This document shows positions 23,693 through 38,308 of a DNA stretch of 64,000 nucleotides, piece by piece; position 1 is the first letter of the stretch, and the number at the start of each line of letters is the position of its first letter. Source of the DNA: Heterodontus francisci (taxonomy: Eukaryota); assembly GCF_036365525.1 (NCBI RefSeq), contig NC_090410.1:12134062-12198061 (forward strand). Direction: 5' to 3'. Below the pieces are notes generated by a model that was not told the DNA's origin, searched no databases, and was given only the letters and a program-made list of their open reading frames with translations. Both the position numbers and the translations under genes were made by a program.

Positions 23693-24713
23693 CAATGACT
23701 CTTTGGGAGAGTCTGCCACTCCCTGTATAACTTGCTCTTGGGGGTAGCAGCAACTCAGGGCTGGGTCTCAGGTGTCCAAGAAACTCACAGATCTACACAT
23801 CTTCCTCTGGGGCCTAGTGGGGAAGGAAAGCCTATACAGGGCCTCAAGTCATAACAGCGAGTCTCGCTGATCTACATGCTAAGCATGGGGTTAAAGTTCA
23901 CTCCTTCCAATATTCCCACTGAGGCACTGGGTTCAGTTGAATTCCCGTCTGGTCTTAATTGTTTCTGTGGTTACTGCAGTGGGGATCTGACAAACTGTCA
24001 CATGGAGATGTTCCAAGAAAAAGGACAAAGTGTTCTTGGCAGGAAAACAAAGATTGAGCAGAGCTTTTTCCCAAATCTGTGGAATCTGATCCGTGGTATC
24101 ACGGACATCGATGCAGGGTTGATGTCTTCCTGGAGAGGTTGGGTTGGGGGAAGAGGGAGGAGGAAGAGAGGGTAAAAAGAAAGGGAGGGTGAAAGGGTAA
24201 GACCGACACATCGAGACTAACCACCTTTGAAATACTATTTAAGTCGTGCTGAGTTATCTGCCATTTCTTCTGTATGAAACTTCCCATTGGGGCAGGGACA
24301 GAGCACAGCCCAGCATTAGTTGCTGGAGCCAGCTACAAGACAAGGAGTTTAATTTCCTCTCCAGGCTATTTTTAAGCTGGTTACTGCTTTCACTTTGAAT
24401 TCCTGACGGTGCTATTTTGGCAGTTGGCACTTCATTTTAAATAACGACCCAGAAAGGACAGATAGACCATTAGTTCCTGGGCTTAAGCCCATGTTCTGCA
24501 GTGACCTTGCAATTCCCTGCTGGCGGGGAGGGCTTAGACCTGGGACAGAATTCCGATCATGGAAGAACAGTTGGGAAATCTAAAATCTCCTGTGCATTAC
24601 AGCCGACCTTCGACTGTGTATTAACTGGAGAAAGGGACTAAAATTGCAATTTGATCTTTCCTCATCCAGGCAGGTGCGAGTTGGAGAGTTCCAGGAAAGT
24701 CTCGGTTATCAGC

Positions 24714-25135
24714 TGTGGCTCAGTGGGTAGCACCCTCGCCTCAGAGTCAGAAGGTTACGGGTTCAAGCCCTGCTCTAGTAACACGAGTGCAAAATCTGGG
24801 CTGGCACTCCTGGTGCAGTACTGAGGGAGTGCTGTACTGTCAGAGGTGTTGTCCTTTGACAAGAGATGTTAAACAGATGGCCTGCTCAGGTGAACAACAA
24901 CAACAAAAAAAACCCCTTGGCTACTATTTCATATAAAAAGCAGGGGAGTTTTCCCCGGTGTCCTGTCCAATATTTATCACTAAAACAGATGATCGGGTCA
25001 TTATCATGTTGCTGTTTGTGGGAGCTTGCTGTGCACAAATTGGCTGCCATGTTTCCTGTGACAACACAGAAGGTACTTCATTGGCTGTAAAGCACTTTGG
25101 GGAAACCCCGTGGTTCACATAAAATATTAATGCTT
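24714..25135 (+). mobile_element. DeuSINE (SacSINE1/AmnSINE-like) element
   Basis: GTGGCTCAGTGGG...GGTTCAAGCCC head; AGCAGGGGAGTTTTCCCCGGTGTCCTG core; TGTAAAGCACTTTGGG tail. Confidence 0.75.
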
Positions 25136-25894
25136 CACACGAAGGGGTCTGGATCGCAACACCAAACAGGGGGCGGGGCAAACAGAGGGGGAAAATTGTC
25201 CCACGCCCCTTCCCCTCCACAGCTGAGCTGTCTCAATGAGTCAGGGAGTGGGGGTAATAAATCAGATAATTCATCTGGGGGAGAAAAAGAGGTCAAAGAA
25301 TAGAAAATAATTTTGAGATAGAGGGCAGGAAAGAGGGGAATTGAATGAAGAATGAACTCTTTCATTTCCCCTATCACATGTGGGAACACAAGTGTAATAA
25401 GTAGGAGTTCCAGAATACAGAAGCAAACAGATAGTGAGACACTTGTACAAGCGTCGGCAAGGTTTGAATAGTCAATGGGAAGAGACAGGCTCATTAGCAA
25501 AGGGGAACTGAGCATGTATGGACCTAGATAAGTGGGGGGGGGAGGGGGGGGGCACAGAAATAGATGAGGTAGATGATTCAACGACCTTGGTTTCACCATC
25601 TTCAAGCCGAGGAGGAAGCAGCTGGTGTGAAACTGCACGTAGGCAAGACGTTAAATGTTTGGTGCAGTTGATAAGACTCTTGCCTCCAGGTTGAAAGATT
25701 GTGGGTTCCAGCCCCAATGTCAAGGGTTGTATGCTTAACTCGGGCTGGTTACCCATGCCAAAAGGAGCACAGAGTACTCTCAATGCTTCCGGCATCGGTT
25801 TCTCTCCCTAGCTGCATTCATAACACAACAGCAGCAAGTTCCAGAATGAAAGTTTGTCTGTAACAACGGCAAAGTTTACTGCTCTGAAGAGAAA

Positions 25895-27290
25895 GGACTT
25901 GCATTTATATAGCGGCTCAGGATGTCCCAGAGCGCTTTTACAGCCAGTGAAGTGTAGTCACTGTTGTAATGTAGGCTACATGGCAGCCAATTTGCACACA
26001 GCAAGATCCCACAAACAGCAATAATGACCAGGTAATCTGTTCTCAGTGATATTGGTTGAGGGATAAATATTGGCCAGGACACTGGGAAGAACTCCAGTAG
26101 CGTCATGGGATCTTTTACATCCACCTTCGAGGGCAGGTGGGCCTCGGTTTGATGTCTCATTCGGAAGACGGCACCGCTGACAGTGCGGCACTCCCTCGCT
26201 ACTGCGATGAGGGCGTCAGCCTGGATTTTGTGCCCACAGGTCTTTGGAGTGGGATTTGAACTCTCAACTTCAAGCAAAAAGGGGACAGCGGGAAGGAGCG
26301 AGGGGAGGTTCTTAGACTGCCCTGCTTTTAGCATTATGTACGTAAAGCAACTTCACTGTTCCTCTCGTTTAGATTTAAATCCCTCCTTTGAACACATGGC
26401 ACTTTGCCACAGTGTGTTAACACTTTCATTGCTGAAATACCCTCCTCGTCTTTTATTTTATAAAGAGAAACCCATCAATAACTACATAGAAAGTGAGGCT
26501 CCCGTATCAAGACAGACACAGCGTGCACAGGCACAATATACATGCAGGCATAACACACACAGATAGATGCAGCATCTGTGCAGTGGTAATAGACAGAGTG
26601 TGTTTATACAGCGTACATGCAACCAGTGGAGGCACAGCTGTGCACACAGTCACAGGGGGATTTACTGGCAGACTGCATTGCCTTTGTAATTTGTACCAGT
26701 TGCAAAATATGGTAGGAACAGGCAGATCATTTCAAATCAGTAGAAAATGGAAGGGACTGCTGAGAGTTTAAGTATCTGCTTTCTGATGACTGTATTTTAT
26801 TTATTTTTCTCCCCTGAAGGTGCTGACCTGTCCACGGGGCACCAGTGCATTAGAGAGTCTAGGGGCATTAGTGTGATCTGACTTCATTTATATAGCGCCT
26901 TTGACAACCACAGCATATCCCGAAGCATTTCAGAGCCAATACCTTTAAGTGTAGTCACTGTTGTAATGTTGGCAACCAATTTATGCACAGCAAGCTCCCA
27001 CAAACAGCGATGTGATAATGGCCAGATCATCTGTTTTTGTGAGGTTGATTGAAGGATAGATATTGGTCAGGGCACCAGAGAGAACTCCCCCTGCACTTCT
27101 TTGAAATAGTGCCACGGGATCTTCTACATCCGCCCGAGGGGGAAGACGGGACCTCGGTTTAACGTCTCATCCGAATGACAGCACAGCACTCCTTCAGTAC
27201 TGCACTGCAGTGTCAGCTTTTTGATTTTTGTGCTCAGGTTCAACTTGAACCCACAACTTTCTGACTCCGAGGCTACCCACTGAGGCACAG
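25895..27290 (-). mobile_element. Two antisense DeuSINE-like copies (~25895-26265 and ~26880-27290)
   Basis: Reverse complement of the 24714-25135 family. Confidence 0.72.
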
Positions 27291-28489
27291 CTGGGGGAGC
27301 CTGTAGGGTATTTGACCATCCAAGGCATCACTAGGCTGCACTGTCCTGGTGTCTCCGATGTGCACTTGCAGTTTCCAGCAAAGTGGGGGGGGGGGGGTTT
27401 GTTGGATTTTGCTCAACAGCAGAAAACTGGATGATTTCCCCATCCCTCTCCCAGTCTAATGCAGAACCGCAGCGGAGATTAGTCAACTCACCAGAGTCTG
27501 GACGTGGAATTTCTTGATCTTTCTGATGCGGTTACTCACAGCATTAACTAGCTGAGTGCGGGGAGGCTGGCTGGGCTGCTATTGGTATTGCAGCTCTGCT
27601 GTAATCACTGTTGCCCATAACCTCACAGACGCAGACACGGTGCAGAGATCGTTGCTGTATTACACTACACATTCGCCTTCTGGCAAAGGGAAATCAAGGA
27701 CAGACACCAGAACCAAACATGCAATCACTGCAAGAGCAACAGTAAGAGCATGGCCACTCAACCTCCTGCAACCCTCCGAGATCTCAGCGCCTCTCCAGTT
27801 CTGGCCTCGTGTGCATTTCCGACTTCCAGCATCTCACCACTGTCGGCTGTGCCTTCAGCCGTTCAGGACCCAAGTTCTGAAATTCCGTCCTTAAGCCTTT
27901 CCACCTCTCTACCGTTCTTTAAAACCTGTCCGCTTACGCGGTTCGGTGTCAATTTCTGTCGGCTGATATCCCTGTGAAGTGCCTTGAGACCTTTTATTAT
28001 GTTAAAGGCGCTATATAAATGCCAGTTGTTGTCCTCGACTTGCTCATGTTCGATTGGCACCTTAGTTATACTGCTCGGCTGTGAACCATGACTTGGAGAG
28101 AGCACTCGCACCTCCCTCCCTCCGCCCTGTGCGTTTTAAATTACATCAAGAGCCTCCACTGTTACAAAACATTTCAGTGAGCTTTCCTTCAGTCTCTGTA
28201 GTGCCCCAGCAGTTGCAACCGATTCCTGCGCTCATAAACCACGCTTCTAACATAGCTCTTCTACACCTCAGCTGCTACCGAAAACCCTCATCCACGTCTT
28301 TGTTCGCTCCAGCATTCCAATGTTTCCTGGCCGGCCTTCCGCCCTCACATCCAAAACTCTGCTGCCTGTATCCTAACGCACTCAGTTCCAGTCGCCCACA
28401 CCGTGCGTGCTGACCTACAGTAGCTCCTGGTCCAGCAACGCTTCAAATTTAACTTTCTAAATCCTGTATATAAATCCGTGGTTCCTGGA

Positions 28490-29210
28490 TTGCGGACCTT
28501 AAGTGACGTGGATAGATTGGAGAGGCTGGGGCTGTTCTGCTGGAAGAGACGGTTGAGAGGTGTTCAAAATCATGAAGGGTCTGGACAGAGTAGACAGGGA
28601 GAAACTGTTCCCATTGGCAGAAGGATCCTGAGGACACGGACTTAAGGTGATTGGCAAAGCGACAGCAATATGAAGAAATTTTATTTTATTTTTTTTAAAT
28701 GCAGCATGTGGTTAGGATCTTGAATTCACTGCCCAGTATTTGACCAGAGCGTCTTGCTGGGCCATTTCAGAGGGTATTTAAGAGTCAACCACATTGTGGG
28801 CCTGGAATCACATGTAGGCCAGACCGGGTAAGGATGGCAGATTGACATCAGTGAACCAATCGACAATGGTTTCATGGTCACCATTAATCTAGCTTTTTAA
28901 ATTCCAGATTTATTAATTTATCATCTGCCGTGGTGGGATTCGAACCCATGTCCCCCAGGCACTAGCCTGGGCCTCTGAAGTACAAGCCCAATGACATTAC
29001 CACTTTGCCACCGCCTCCTGTGGTGGAGGCAGCTTCAACTGAGGCCTTCAAAAAAAAAAAAGAACTGGAGAATTATCCGGCGGGGAAAAGTTTGCAGGGC
29101 TACGGGGAAAAGGTGGGGGAGTGGGACTAGGCGAGTTGCGCTTCCAGAGAGCTGGCACGGACACGAGGGGCCAAATGGCCTGCTCAGAGCAGTAACCATT
29201 CTCTGTTATT
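28490..29210 (+). mobile_element. CR1 3' fragment split by an antisense SINE (~28755-29015)
   Basis: GAAACTGTTCCCA and GGGCCAAATGGCC end segments flank a SINE body. Confidence 0.7.
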
Positions 29211-29391
29211 GTAGACACTGTACAGCGCCCAGCCCAAGATGTGCCAGTCAGCCTCTCTGGGCTCTCCCACCCTTGCCCGTTTAAGTGAGGCAGTGACAAG
29301 AGGGGAGATCCACACAAAAGGCCGGCCATCAAAAACCCTTAGCACTGCAGCGTACCACATTTAAATCTAACCCAGATTCCACATTATAAAC

Positions 29392-30125
29392 ACCAGCTCA
29401 GTGGTTCTGTTATTGGACTAGTAATCCAGGGCACTGGACTAGTGCTCTGGAGACACGGGTTCAAATCCCACCATAGCAGCTGGGGAATTTAAACTCAGTT
29501 AATTAAATAAGTCTGGAAGGACATAAGAAACATGGGCAGGAGACGGCCATTCGGCCCCTTGAGCCTGCTCTGCCGTTCAATAAAAATCAAAGCTGATCGT
29601 CTGCCTCAATTCTACTTTCCCACCCGCTCCCCATATCTGCTGATTCTGACACACCACAAATTTATCTCAGCCTTGAATATACTCAATGATGGAGCATCTG
29701 CAGCTCTCTGGGGTAGAGAATTCCAAAGATTCACAACCCTCGGAGTGAAGACATTTCTCACCACAGTCCCATATCCTGAAACTGAGCCCCCCGTGCTCCA
29801 GATTCCCCAGCCAGGGAAAACAACCTCAGTGGAATTTTGTGTGCTTCAATGAGATCAGGTCACAAAAGCTAGAATCAGTCAAAATGAACATGAAACTACA
29901 TAATTGTTGTAAGAACCCATCTGGCTCACGAATGTCCTTTAGGGAAGGCAATCTGCCATCCTTACCCGTTCTGGCCTGCATGCGACTCCAGACCCACAGC
30001 AATGTGGTTGACTTTTAGCTGCTCTCTGAAAAGGCTTAACAAGACACTCAGTTGTCACCACCACCTTCTCAAGGGCAATCAGAGATAGGTAATAAATGCT
30101 GACCTTGGCAGCAACACCCACATCT
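29392..30125 (+). mobile_element. tRNA-like SINE whose 3' tail is shared with the LINE at 45595-47037; interrupted by a CR1 fragment (~29520-29860)
   Basis: A-box-like GCTCAGTGG and B-box GGTTCAAATCCC; tail CACCACCTTCTCAAGGGCAAT...AATAAATGCTG. Confidence 0.7.
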
Positions 30126-30360
30126 GTGGATGCAGGAAAAGGTACTGGAGAAGGTGCAAAGCAGAAATCACAAGATAATACTAGAACTGAGGGGTTATAC
30201 CCATCAGGAAAGGTTGAACAGTCCGGAGCTCCTTCCTCTATCTAAAAATAAGAGAAGGCCGAGGGGCGACCTGATTGAAGACTTTTTAATATGGTAGAAG
30301 TACAGGGGACGTTCTCACTTAGGGGGAACCGAAAACTGGGGCAGCCATAATAATCAGATC

Positions 30361-32576
30361 AAAGAACAAAGAACAAAGAAAATTACAGCACAGGAACAGG
30401 CCCTTCGGCCCTCCAAGCCTACGCCGATCCAAATCCTCTATCTAAACCTGTCGCCCATTTTCTAAGGGTCTGTATCTCTTTGCTTCCTGCCCATTCATGT
30501 GTCTGTCTAGATACATCTTAAAAGACGCTATCGTGCCCGCGTCTACCACCTCCACTGGTAATGCATTCCATGCACCCACCACCCTCTGCATAAAGAACTT
30601 TCCACGCATATCCCCCCTAAACTTTTCCCCTCTCACTTTGAACTCGTGTCCCCTTGTAATTGAATCCCCCACTCTGGGAAAAAGCTTCTTGCTATCCACC
30701 CTGTCTATACCTCTCATGATTTTGTACACCTCAATCAGGTCCCCCCTCAACCTCTGTCTTTCTAATGAAAATAATCCTAATCTACTCAACCTCTCTTCAT
30801 AGCTAGCGCCCTCCATACCAGGCAACATCCTGGTGAACCTCCTCTGCACCCTCTCCAAAGCATCCACATCCTTTTGGTAATGTGGCGACCAGAACTGCAC
30901 GCAGTATTCCAAATGTGGCCGAACCAAAGTCCTATACAACTGTAACATGACCTGCCAACTCTTGTACTCAATACCCCGTCCGATGAAGGAAAGCATGCCG
31001 TATGCCTTCTTGACCACTCTATTGACCTGCGTTGCCACCTTCAGGGAACAATGGACCTGAACACCCAAATCTCTCTGTACATCAATTTTCCCCAGGACTT
31101 TTCCATTTACTGTATAGTTCACTCTTGAATTGGATCTTCCAAAATGCATCACCTCGCATTTGCCCTGATTGAACTCCATCTGCCATTTCTCTGCCCAACT
31201 CTCCAGTCTATCTATATTCTGCTGTATTCTCTGACAGTCCCCTTCACTATCTGCTACTCCACCAATCTTAGTGTCGTCTGCAAACTTATGTATATCACAA
31301 ACAACAGTGGTCCCAGCACGGATCCCTGTGGAACACCACTGGTCACACGTCTCCATTTTGAGAAACTCCCTTCCACTGCTACTCTCTGTCTCCTGTTGCC
31401 CAGCCAGTTCTTTATCCATCTAGCTAGTACACCCTGGACCCATGCGACTTCACTTTCTCCATCAGCCTACCATGGGGAACCTTATCAAACGCCTTACTGA
31501 AGTCCATGTATATGACATCTACAGCCCTTCCCTCATCAATCAACTTTGTCACTTCCTCAAAGAATTCTATTAAGTTGGTAAGACATGACCTTCCCTGCAC
31601 AAAACCATGTTGCCTATCACTGATAAGCCCATTTCCTTCCAAATGGGAATAGATCCTATCCCTCAGTATCTTCTCCAGCAGCTTCCCTACCACTGATGTC
31701 AGGCTCACCGGTCTATAATTACCTGGATTTTCCCTGCTACCCTTCTTAAGCAAGGGGACATTATTAGCAATTCTCCAGTCCTCCGGGACCTCACCCGTGT
31801 TTAAGGATGTTGCAAAGATATCTGTTAAGGCCCCAACTATTTCCTCTCTCGCTTCCCACAGTAACCTGGGATAGATCCCATCCGGACCTTGGGACTTGTC
31901 CACCTTAATGCCTTTTAGAATACCCAACACTTCCTCCCTCCTTATGCTGACTTGACCTAGAGTAATCAAACATCTGTCCCTAACCTCAACATCCGTCATG
32001 TCCCTTTCGTCGGTGAAAGTACTCGTTTAGAATCTCACCCATTTTCTCTGACTCCACGCATAACTTTCCTCCTTTGTCCTTGAGTGGGCCAATCCTTTCT
32101 CTAGTTACCCTCTTGCTCCTTATATATGAATAAAAGGCTTTGGGATTTTCCTTAACCCTGTTTGCTAAAGATATTTCATGACCCCTTTTACCCCTCTTAA
32201 TTCCTCGTTTCAGATTGCGCCTACAATCCCGATATTCTTTCAAAGCTTCGTCTTTCTTCAGCCGCCTAGACCTTATGTGTGCTTCCTTTTTCCTCTTAGC
32301 TAGTCTCACAATTTCACCTGTCATCCATGGTTCCCTAATCTTGCCATTTCTACCCCTCATTTTCACAGGAACATGTCTCTCCTGCACGCTAATCAACCTC
32401 TCTTTAAAAGCCTCCCACATATCAAAAGTGGATTTACCTTCAAACAGCTGCTCCCAATCTACATTCCCCAGCTCCTGCCGAATTTTGGTATAGTTGGCCT
32501 TCCCCCAATTTAGCACTCTTCCTTTAGGACCACTCTCGTCTTTGTCCATGAGTATTCTAAAACTTACGGAAGTTTT
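30361..32576 (-). mobile_element. 5'-truncated CR1 LINE (ORF2 RT region) with (TTCTTTG)n tail and AGATC target-site duplication
   Basis: RT motifs in ORFs 30442-32549; tail AAAGAACAAAGAAC on +; AGATC at 30356-30360 and 32577-32581. Confidence 0.93.
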
Positions 32577-32665
32577 AGATCGTAACTAGTAAATCCAATA
32601 GGGAATTCAGGAGAGACTTTTCTACCCAGAAAGTGGCGAGGACATGGAACTCACTATTACAGAGT

Positions 32666-35600
32666 GATCAGGGAGGGAGACAGAAAGCAGGAAACTACAG
32701 GCCAGTTAGCTTAACGTCTGTCGTAGGGAAAATGTCAGAAGCTATTAAAGAGATTATAAAATGGCACTTAGAAACATTCAAGGTAATCAGGCAGAGTCAG
32801 CCTGGTTTTGTGAAAGGGAAATCATGTTTAAACCAATTTATTGGAGTTCTTTGAAGTAGTAACATGTGCCGTGGATAAAGGGGAACCGGTGGATGTACTG
32901 TACTTAGATTTCCAGAGGTGCCACATCAAAGGTTATTGCACAAAATAAAAGCTCATGGTGTAGGGGGTAACATATTGGCATGGATAGAAGACTGGCTAGC
33001 TAACAGGAAACAGAGAGTAGGCATAAATGGGTCATTTTCTGGTTGGCAGGATGTAATGAGTGGTGTGCCACAGGGATCAGTGCTGGGGCCTCAACTTTTT
33101 ACCATTTCTATCAATGACTTGGATGAAGGGACCGAAGGTATGGTTGCTAAGTTTGCTGATGACAAAGATAGGTAGGAAAGTAACTTGTGAAGAGGACATA
33201 AGGAGGCTACAAAGGGATATAGATAGGTTAAGTGGGTGGGCAAAGATCTGGCAAATGTAGTATAATGTGGGAAAATGTGAAATTGTCCACTTTGGCAGGA
33301 TGAATAAAAAAGAAACATATTATCTAAATGGTGAGAGATTGCAGAGCTGAGATGCAGAAGGATCTGGTGTTCCCGTGCATGAATCACAAACAGTTAGTAT
33401 GCAGGTACAGAAAGTAATTAAGAAGGCTAATAGAATGTCATCCAGGGAGAAGACTCAGAGGGCGGAGTTCCGGATTGGCAAGTATAAAAACTTTACCTCA
33501 GGGATTCGCGGCCGACATCCAGGGAGAAAACTCGGAGGGTGGAGTTTCGGACTGGTAAGTTACCTCGGGTAAAAAAAAACTGAAAAAGTGACGTCACAGG
33601 AAAGCTGTGACCTGATTGGCTGGTAGGGAATCTATACTGAATTTGAAAATAAAACATTGATTAAAACCCTAATTAACTAATTAATTAACTAATTAATTAA
33701 TAAGTAGAGGAGTAACTAAACCGGAGGGAGATTACTGTATTTAGCATTTAATATTTATAGTAGAAATCTAGCACTAGGGACCATATAGTTAATTGTAACT
33801 TAATTTATTAAGGATTTAATAAATATTTAAGTATTTATTTTAAATTAATTTATTAATTAGTGCTAGAAATGTCAGTTAGAGGGGTGAATTGCTTCACCTG
33901 TGAGATGTGGGAGGTCCATGACGCTTCCAGCGTTCCGGATGACTACATCTGCAGGAAGTGTACCCAGTTGCAGCTCCTCACAGACCACATGGATCAGTTG
34001 GAGCAGCAATTGGATGCACTTAGGAGCATGCAGGTGGCAGAAAGCGTCATAGACAGGAGTTTTAGAGAAGTGGTTACACCCAAGGTGCAGGCAGATAGAT
34101 GGGTGACCGCTAGAAGGGGCAGGCAGTCAGTGCAGGAATCCCCTGTGGCTATCCCCTCTCTAACAAGTATACCGTTTTGGATACTGTTGGGGGGGGAAAT
34201 GGCCTATCAGGGGAAAACAACAGCAGCAGCCAGAGCAGTGGCACAACGGCTTGCTCTGTTGTTCAGCAGGGAGGGACAAAGCGCAGAAGAGCAATAGTTA
34301 TAGGGGACTCTATAGTCAGGGGCACAGATAGGCGCTTCTGTGGACATGAAAGAGACTCCAGGAAGGTATGTTGCCTCCCTGGTGCCAGGGTCAAGGATGT
34401 CTCTGAACGGACAGGGGGCATTCTGAAGGGGGATGGTGAACAGCCAGAGGTTGTGGTACACATTGGTACTAAAGACATAGTCAGGAAGAGTGTCGAGGTC
34501 CTGCAGGGGGAGTTCGGGGAGTTCAGGGAGTTAGGTAGAAAGTTAAAAGACAGGACCTCTAGGGTTGTAATCTTGGGATTATTCCCTGTGCCACATGCCA
34601 ATGTGGCTAGAAGTAGGAAGATAGTGCAGATAAACATGTGGCCGAACAGCTGGTGTAGGAGGGAGGGTTTCAGATATCTGGATCATTGGGATCTCTTCAG
34701 GGACAGGTGGGACCTATACAAGAAGGACGGGTTGCATCTAAACTGGAGGGGCACACATATCCTGGCTGCGAGGTTTGCTAGCGTCACGCGGGAGGGTTTA
34801 AACTAGTGTGGCAGGGGGGTGGGAACCAGAGCAGTAGGACAGCAAGTGAAATAACTGAGGGGGAACGAGTAAATAAGGCCAGTAAGACTAAGAGGAAGAG
34901 CAGGCAGGGAGATGTTGCTGAGCACAGCGGGACTGGTGGTCTGAAGTGCATTTGTTTCAATGCGAGAAGTATAACAGGTAAGGCAGATGAACTTAGAGCT
35001 TGGATTAGTACTTGGAACTATGATGTTGTTGCTATTACAGAGACTTGGTTGAGGGAAGGACAGGATTGGCAGCTAAATTATTCCGGGATTCAGAAGCTTC
35101 AGGCGGTATAGAGGGGGATGTAAAAGGGGTGGGGGAGTTGCATTACTGGTTAAGGAGAATATCACAGCTGTACTGCGGGAGGACACCTCGGAGGGGTCAT
35201 GTTGCGAGACAATATGGGTAGAGCTCAGGAATAGGAAAGGTGCTGGGGGTTTACTAAGACTTCCCAACAGCCAGCGGGAGGTAGAGGAGCAGATATGTAG
35301 ACAGATTCTGGTAAGATGTAAAAGCAACAGGGTTGTAGTGGTGGGTGATTTTAACTTCCCCTATATTGACTGGGACTCACTTAGCGCTAGGGGCTTGAAT
35401 GGGGCAGAATTTGTAAGGAGCATCCAGGAGGGCATCTTGAAACATTATGTAGATAGTCCAACTAGGGATGGGGCCTTACTGGACCTGGTATTGGGGAATG
35501 AGCCCGGTCAGGTGGTCGAAGTCTCAGTAGGGGAGCATTTCAGGAACAGTGACCATAATTCCATAAGTTTTAAGGTACTTGTGGATAAGGATAAGAGTAG

Positions 35601-38308
35601 TCCTCGAATGAAGGTGCTAAATTGGGGGAAGGCTAATTATAAAAATATTAGGCAGGAACTGAAGAATTTAGATTGGGGGCGGCTATTTGAGGGTAAATCA
35701 ACATCTGCAATGTGGGAGTCCTTCAAACATCAGTTGATTAGAATCCAGGACCAGCATGTTCCTGTGAGGAAGAAGGATAAGTTTGGCAAGTTTCGGGAAC
35801 CTTGGATAACGAGGGATATTGTGAGCCTCGTCAAAAAGAAAAAGGAAGCATTCGTAAGGGCTGGAAGGCTCGGAACAGACGAAGCCCTTGAGGAATATAA
35901 AGACAGTAGGAAGGAACTTAAGCAAGGAGTCAGGAAGGCTAAAAGGGGTTATGAAAAGTCATTGGCAAACAGGATTAAGGAGAATCCCAAGGCTTTTTAT
36001 ATGTATACAAAGAGCAAGAGGGTAGCCAGGGAAAGGGTTAGCCCACTCAAGGACAGAGAAGGGAATCTATGTGTGGAGCCAGAGGAAATGGGTGAGGTAA
36101 TAAATGAGTACTTTGCATCAGTATTCACCAAAGAGAAGGACTTGGTGGATGATGAGTCTAGGGAAGGGAGTGTAGATAGTCTGGGTCATGTCGTTATCAA
36201 AAAGGAGGAGATATTGGGTGTCTTGCAAAGCATTAAGGTAGATAAGTGCCCAGGGTCTGATGGGATCTACCCCAGAATACTGAGGGAGGCAAGGGAGGAA
36301 ATTGCTGGGGCCTTGACAGCAATTTTTGTATCCTCATTGGCTACAGGTGAGGTCCCAGAGGACTGGAGAATAGCCAATGTTGTTCCTATGTTTAAGAAGG
36401 GTGGCAAGGATAATCCAGGAAATTATAGGCCGGTGAGCCTTATGTCAGTGGTAGGGAAACTATTAGAGAGGATTCTTCGGGACAGGATTTACTCCCATTT
36501 GGAAACAAATGGACTTATTAGCGAGAGACAGCATGGTTTTGTGTCTCACTAATTTGACTGAGTTTTTTGAGGAAGTGACAAAGATGATTGATGAAGGAAG
36601 GGCAGTGGATGTTATTATATGGGCTTCAGTAAAGCCTTTGACAAGGTCCCTCATGGCAGACTGATACAAAAGGTGAAGTCACATGGGATCAGAGGGGAGC
36701 TGGCAAGATGGATACAGAACTGGCTCGGTCATAGAAGACAGAGGGTAGCAGTGGAAGGGTGCTTTTCTGAATGGAGGGATGTGACTAGTGGTGTTCCGCA
36801 GGGATCAGTGCTGGGACCTTTGCTCTTTGTAGTATACATAAATGATTTGGAGGAAAATGTAGCTGGTCTGATTAGTAAGTTTGCGGACGACACAAAGGTT
36901 GGTGGAGTTGCGGATAGTGTTGAGGATTGTCAGAGGATACAGCAGGATATAGATCGGTTGGAGACTTGGGTGGAGAAATGGCAGATGGAGTTTAATCCGG
37001 ACAAATGTGAGGTAATGCATTTTGGAAGATCTAATACAGGTGGGAAGTATACAGTAAATGGAAGAACCCTTAGGAGTATTGACAGGCAGAGAGATCTGGG
37101 CGTACAGGTCCACAGGTCACTGAAAGTGACAATGCATGTGGATAAGGTAGTCAAGAAGGCATACGGCATGCTTGCCTTCATCGGTCGGGGCATAGAGTAT
37201 AAAACTGGCAAGTCATGCTGCAGCTGTACAGAACTTTAGTTAGGCCACACTTAGAATATTGCGTGCAATTCTGGTCGCCACACTACCAGAAGGATGTGGA
37301 GGCTTTGGAGAGGGTACAGAAGAGGTTTACCAGGATGTTGCCCGTTCTGGAGGGCATTAGCTATGAGGAGAGGTTGGATAAACCCGGATTATTTTCACTG
37401 GAACGACGGAGGTGGAGGGGGGACATGATAGAGGTTTACAAAGTTATGAGTAGCATGGACAGAGTGGATAGTCAGAAGCTTTTTCCCCAGGATGGAAGAG
37501 TCAGTTACTAGGGGACATAGGTTTAAGGTGCGAGGGGCAAAGTTTAGAGGGGATGTGCGAGGCAAGTTCTTTACACAGAGGGTGGTGAGTGCCTGGAACT
37601 TGCTGCCAGGGGAGGTGGTGGAGGCAGGTACGATAGCGACGTTTAAGAGGCATCTTGACAAATACATGAATAGGATGGGAATAGAGGGACACGGACCCCG
37701 GAAGTGCAGAAGGTTTTAGTTTAGGCAGGCATCAAGATTGGCGCAGGGTTGGAGGGCCGAATGGCCTGTTCCTGTGCTGTACTGTTCTTTGTTATTTTAT
37801 CGCAAGGGGAATTGAATACAAAAGTAGGGAGTTTATGCTTCAGTTATACAGGGCATTGGTGAGACCACATCTGGAGTACTGTGTACAGTATTGGAATTTA
37901 GAAAAGTAAGAGGTGACTTGATTGAAACATATAAGATTCTGAGGGGTCTTGACAGGGTGGATGTGGAAAGGATGTTTCCCCTTGTGGGAGAATCTAGAAC
38001 TAGGGGTCACTGTTTAAAAATAAGGGGTTGCCCATTTAAGACAGAGATGAGGAAAAAAAAAATTTCTGTCAGAGGATCGAGAGTCTTTGGAATTCTCTTC
38101 CTCAAAAGGCGGAGGAAGCAGAGTCTTTGACTATTTTTAAGGCAGAGGTAGATAAGATTCTTGATGAGCAAGGGGTGAAAGGTTATCGGGTAGGTGGGAA
38201 TGTGGCGTTGAGGTTACAATCAGATCAGCCATGATCTTGTTGAATGGCGCAGCAGGCTCGAGGGGCCGAGTGGCCTACTCCTGCTCCTAATTTGTATGTT
38301 CGTATGTA
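32666..38308 (+). mobile_element. Older CR1 RT fragment split by the 33439-37793 insertion (pieces 32666-33438 and 37794-38308)
   Basis: GCTAATAGAATGT | TATTTTATCGCAAGGGG is contiguous in the related copy near 39700 (- strand). Confidence 0.85.
33439..37793 (+). mobile_element. Near full-length CR1-clade LINE (5'UTR, ORF1 Cys-motif + SGNH esterase, ORF2 APE endonuclease + RT), frameshifted
   Basis: ORF1 CFTCEMW...CRKC and IVIGDSIVRG; ORF2 [48 protein letters not shown]; 3' tail TGTTCTTTGT. Confidence 0.95.
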
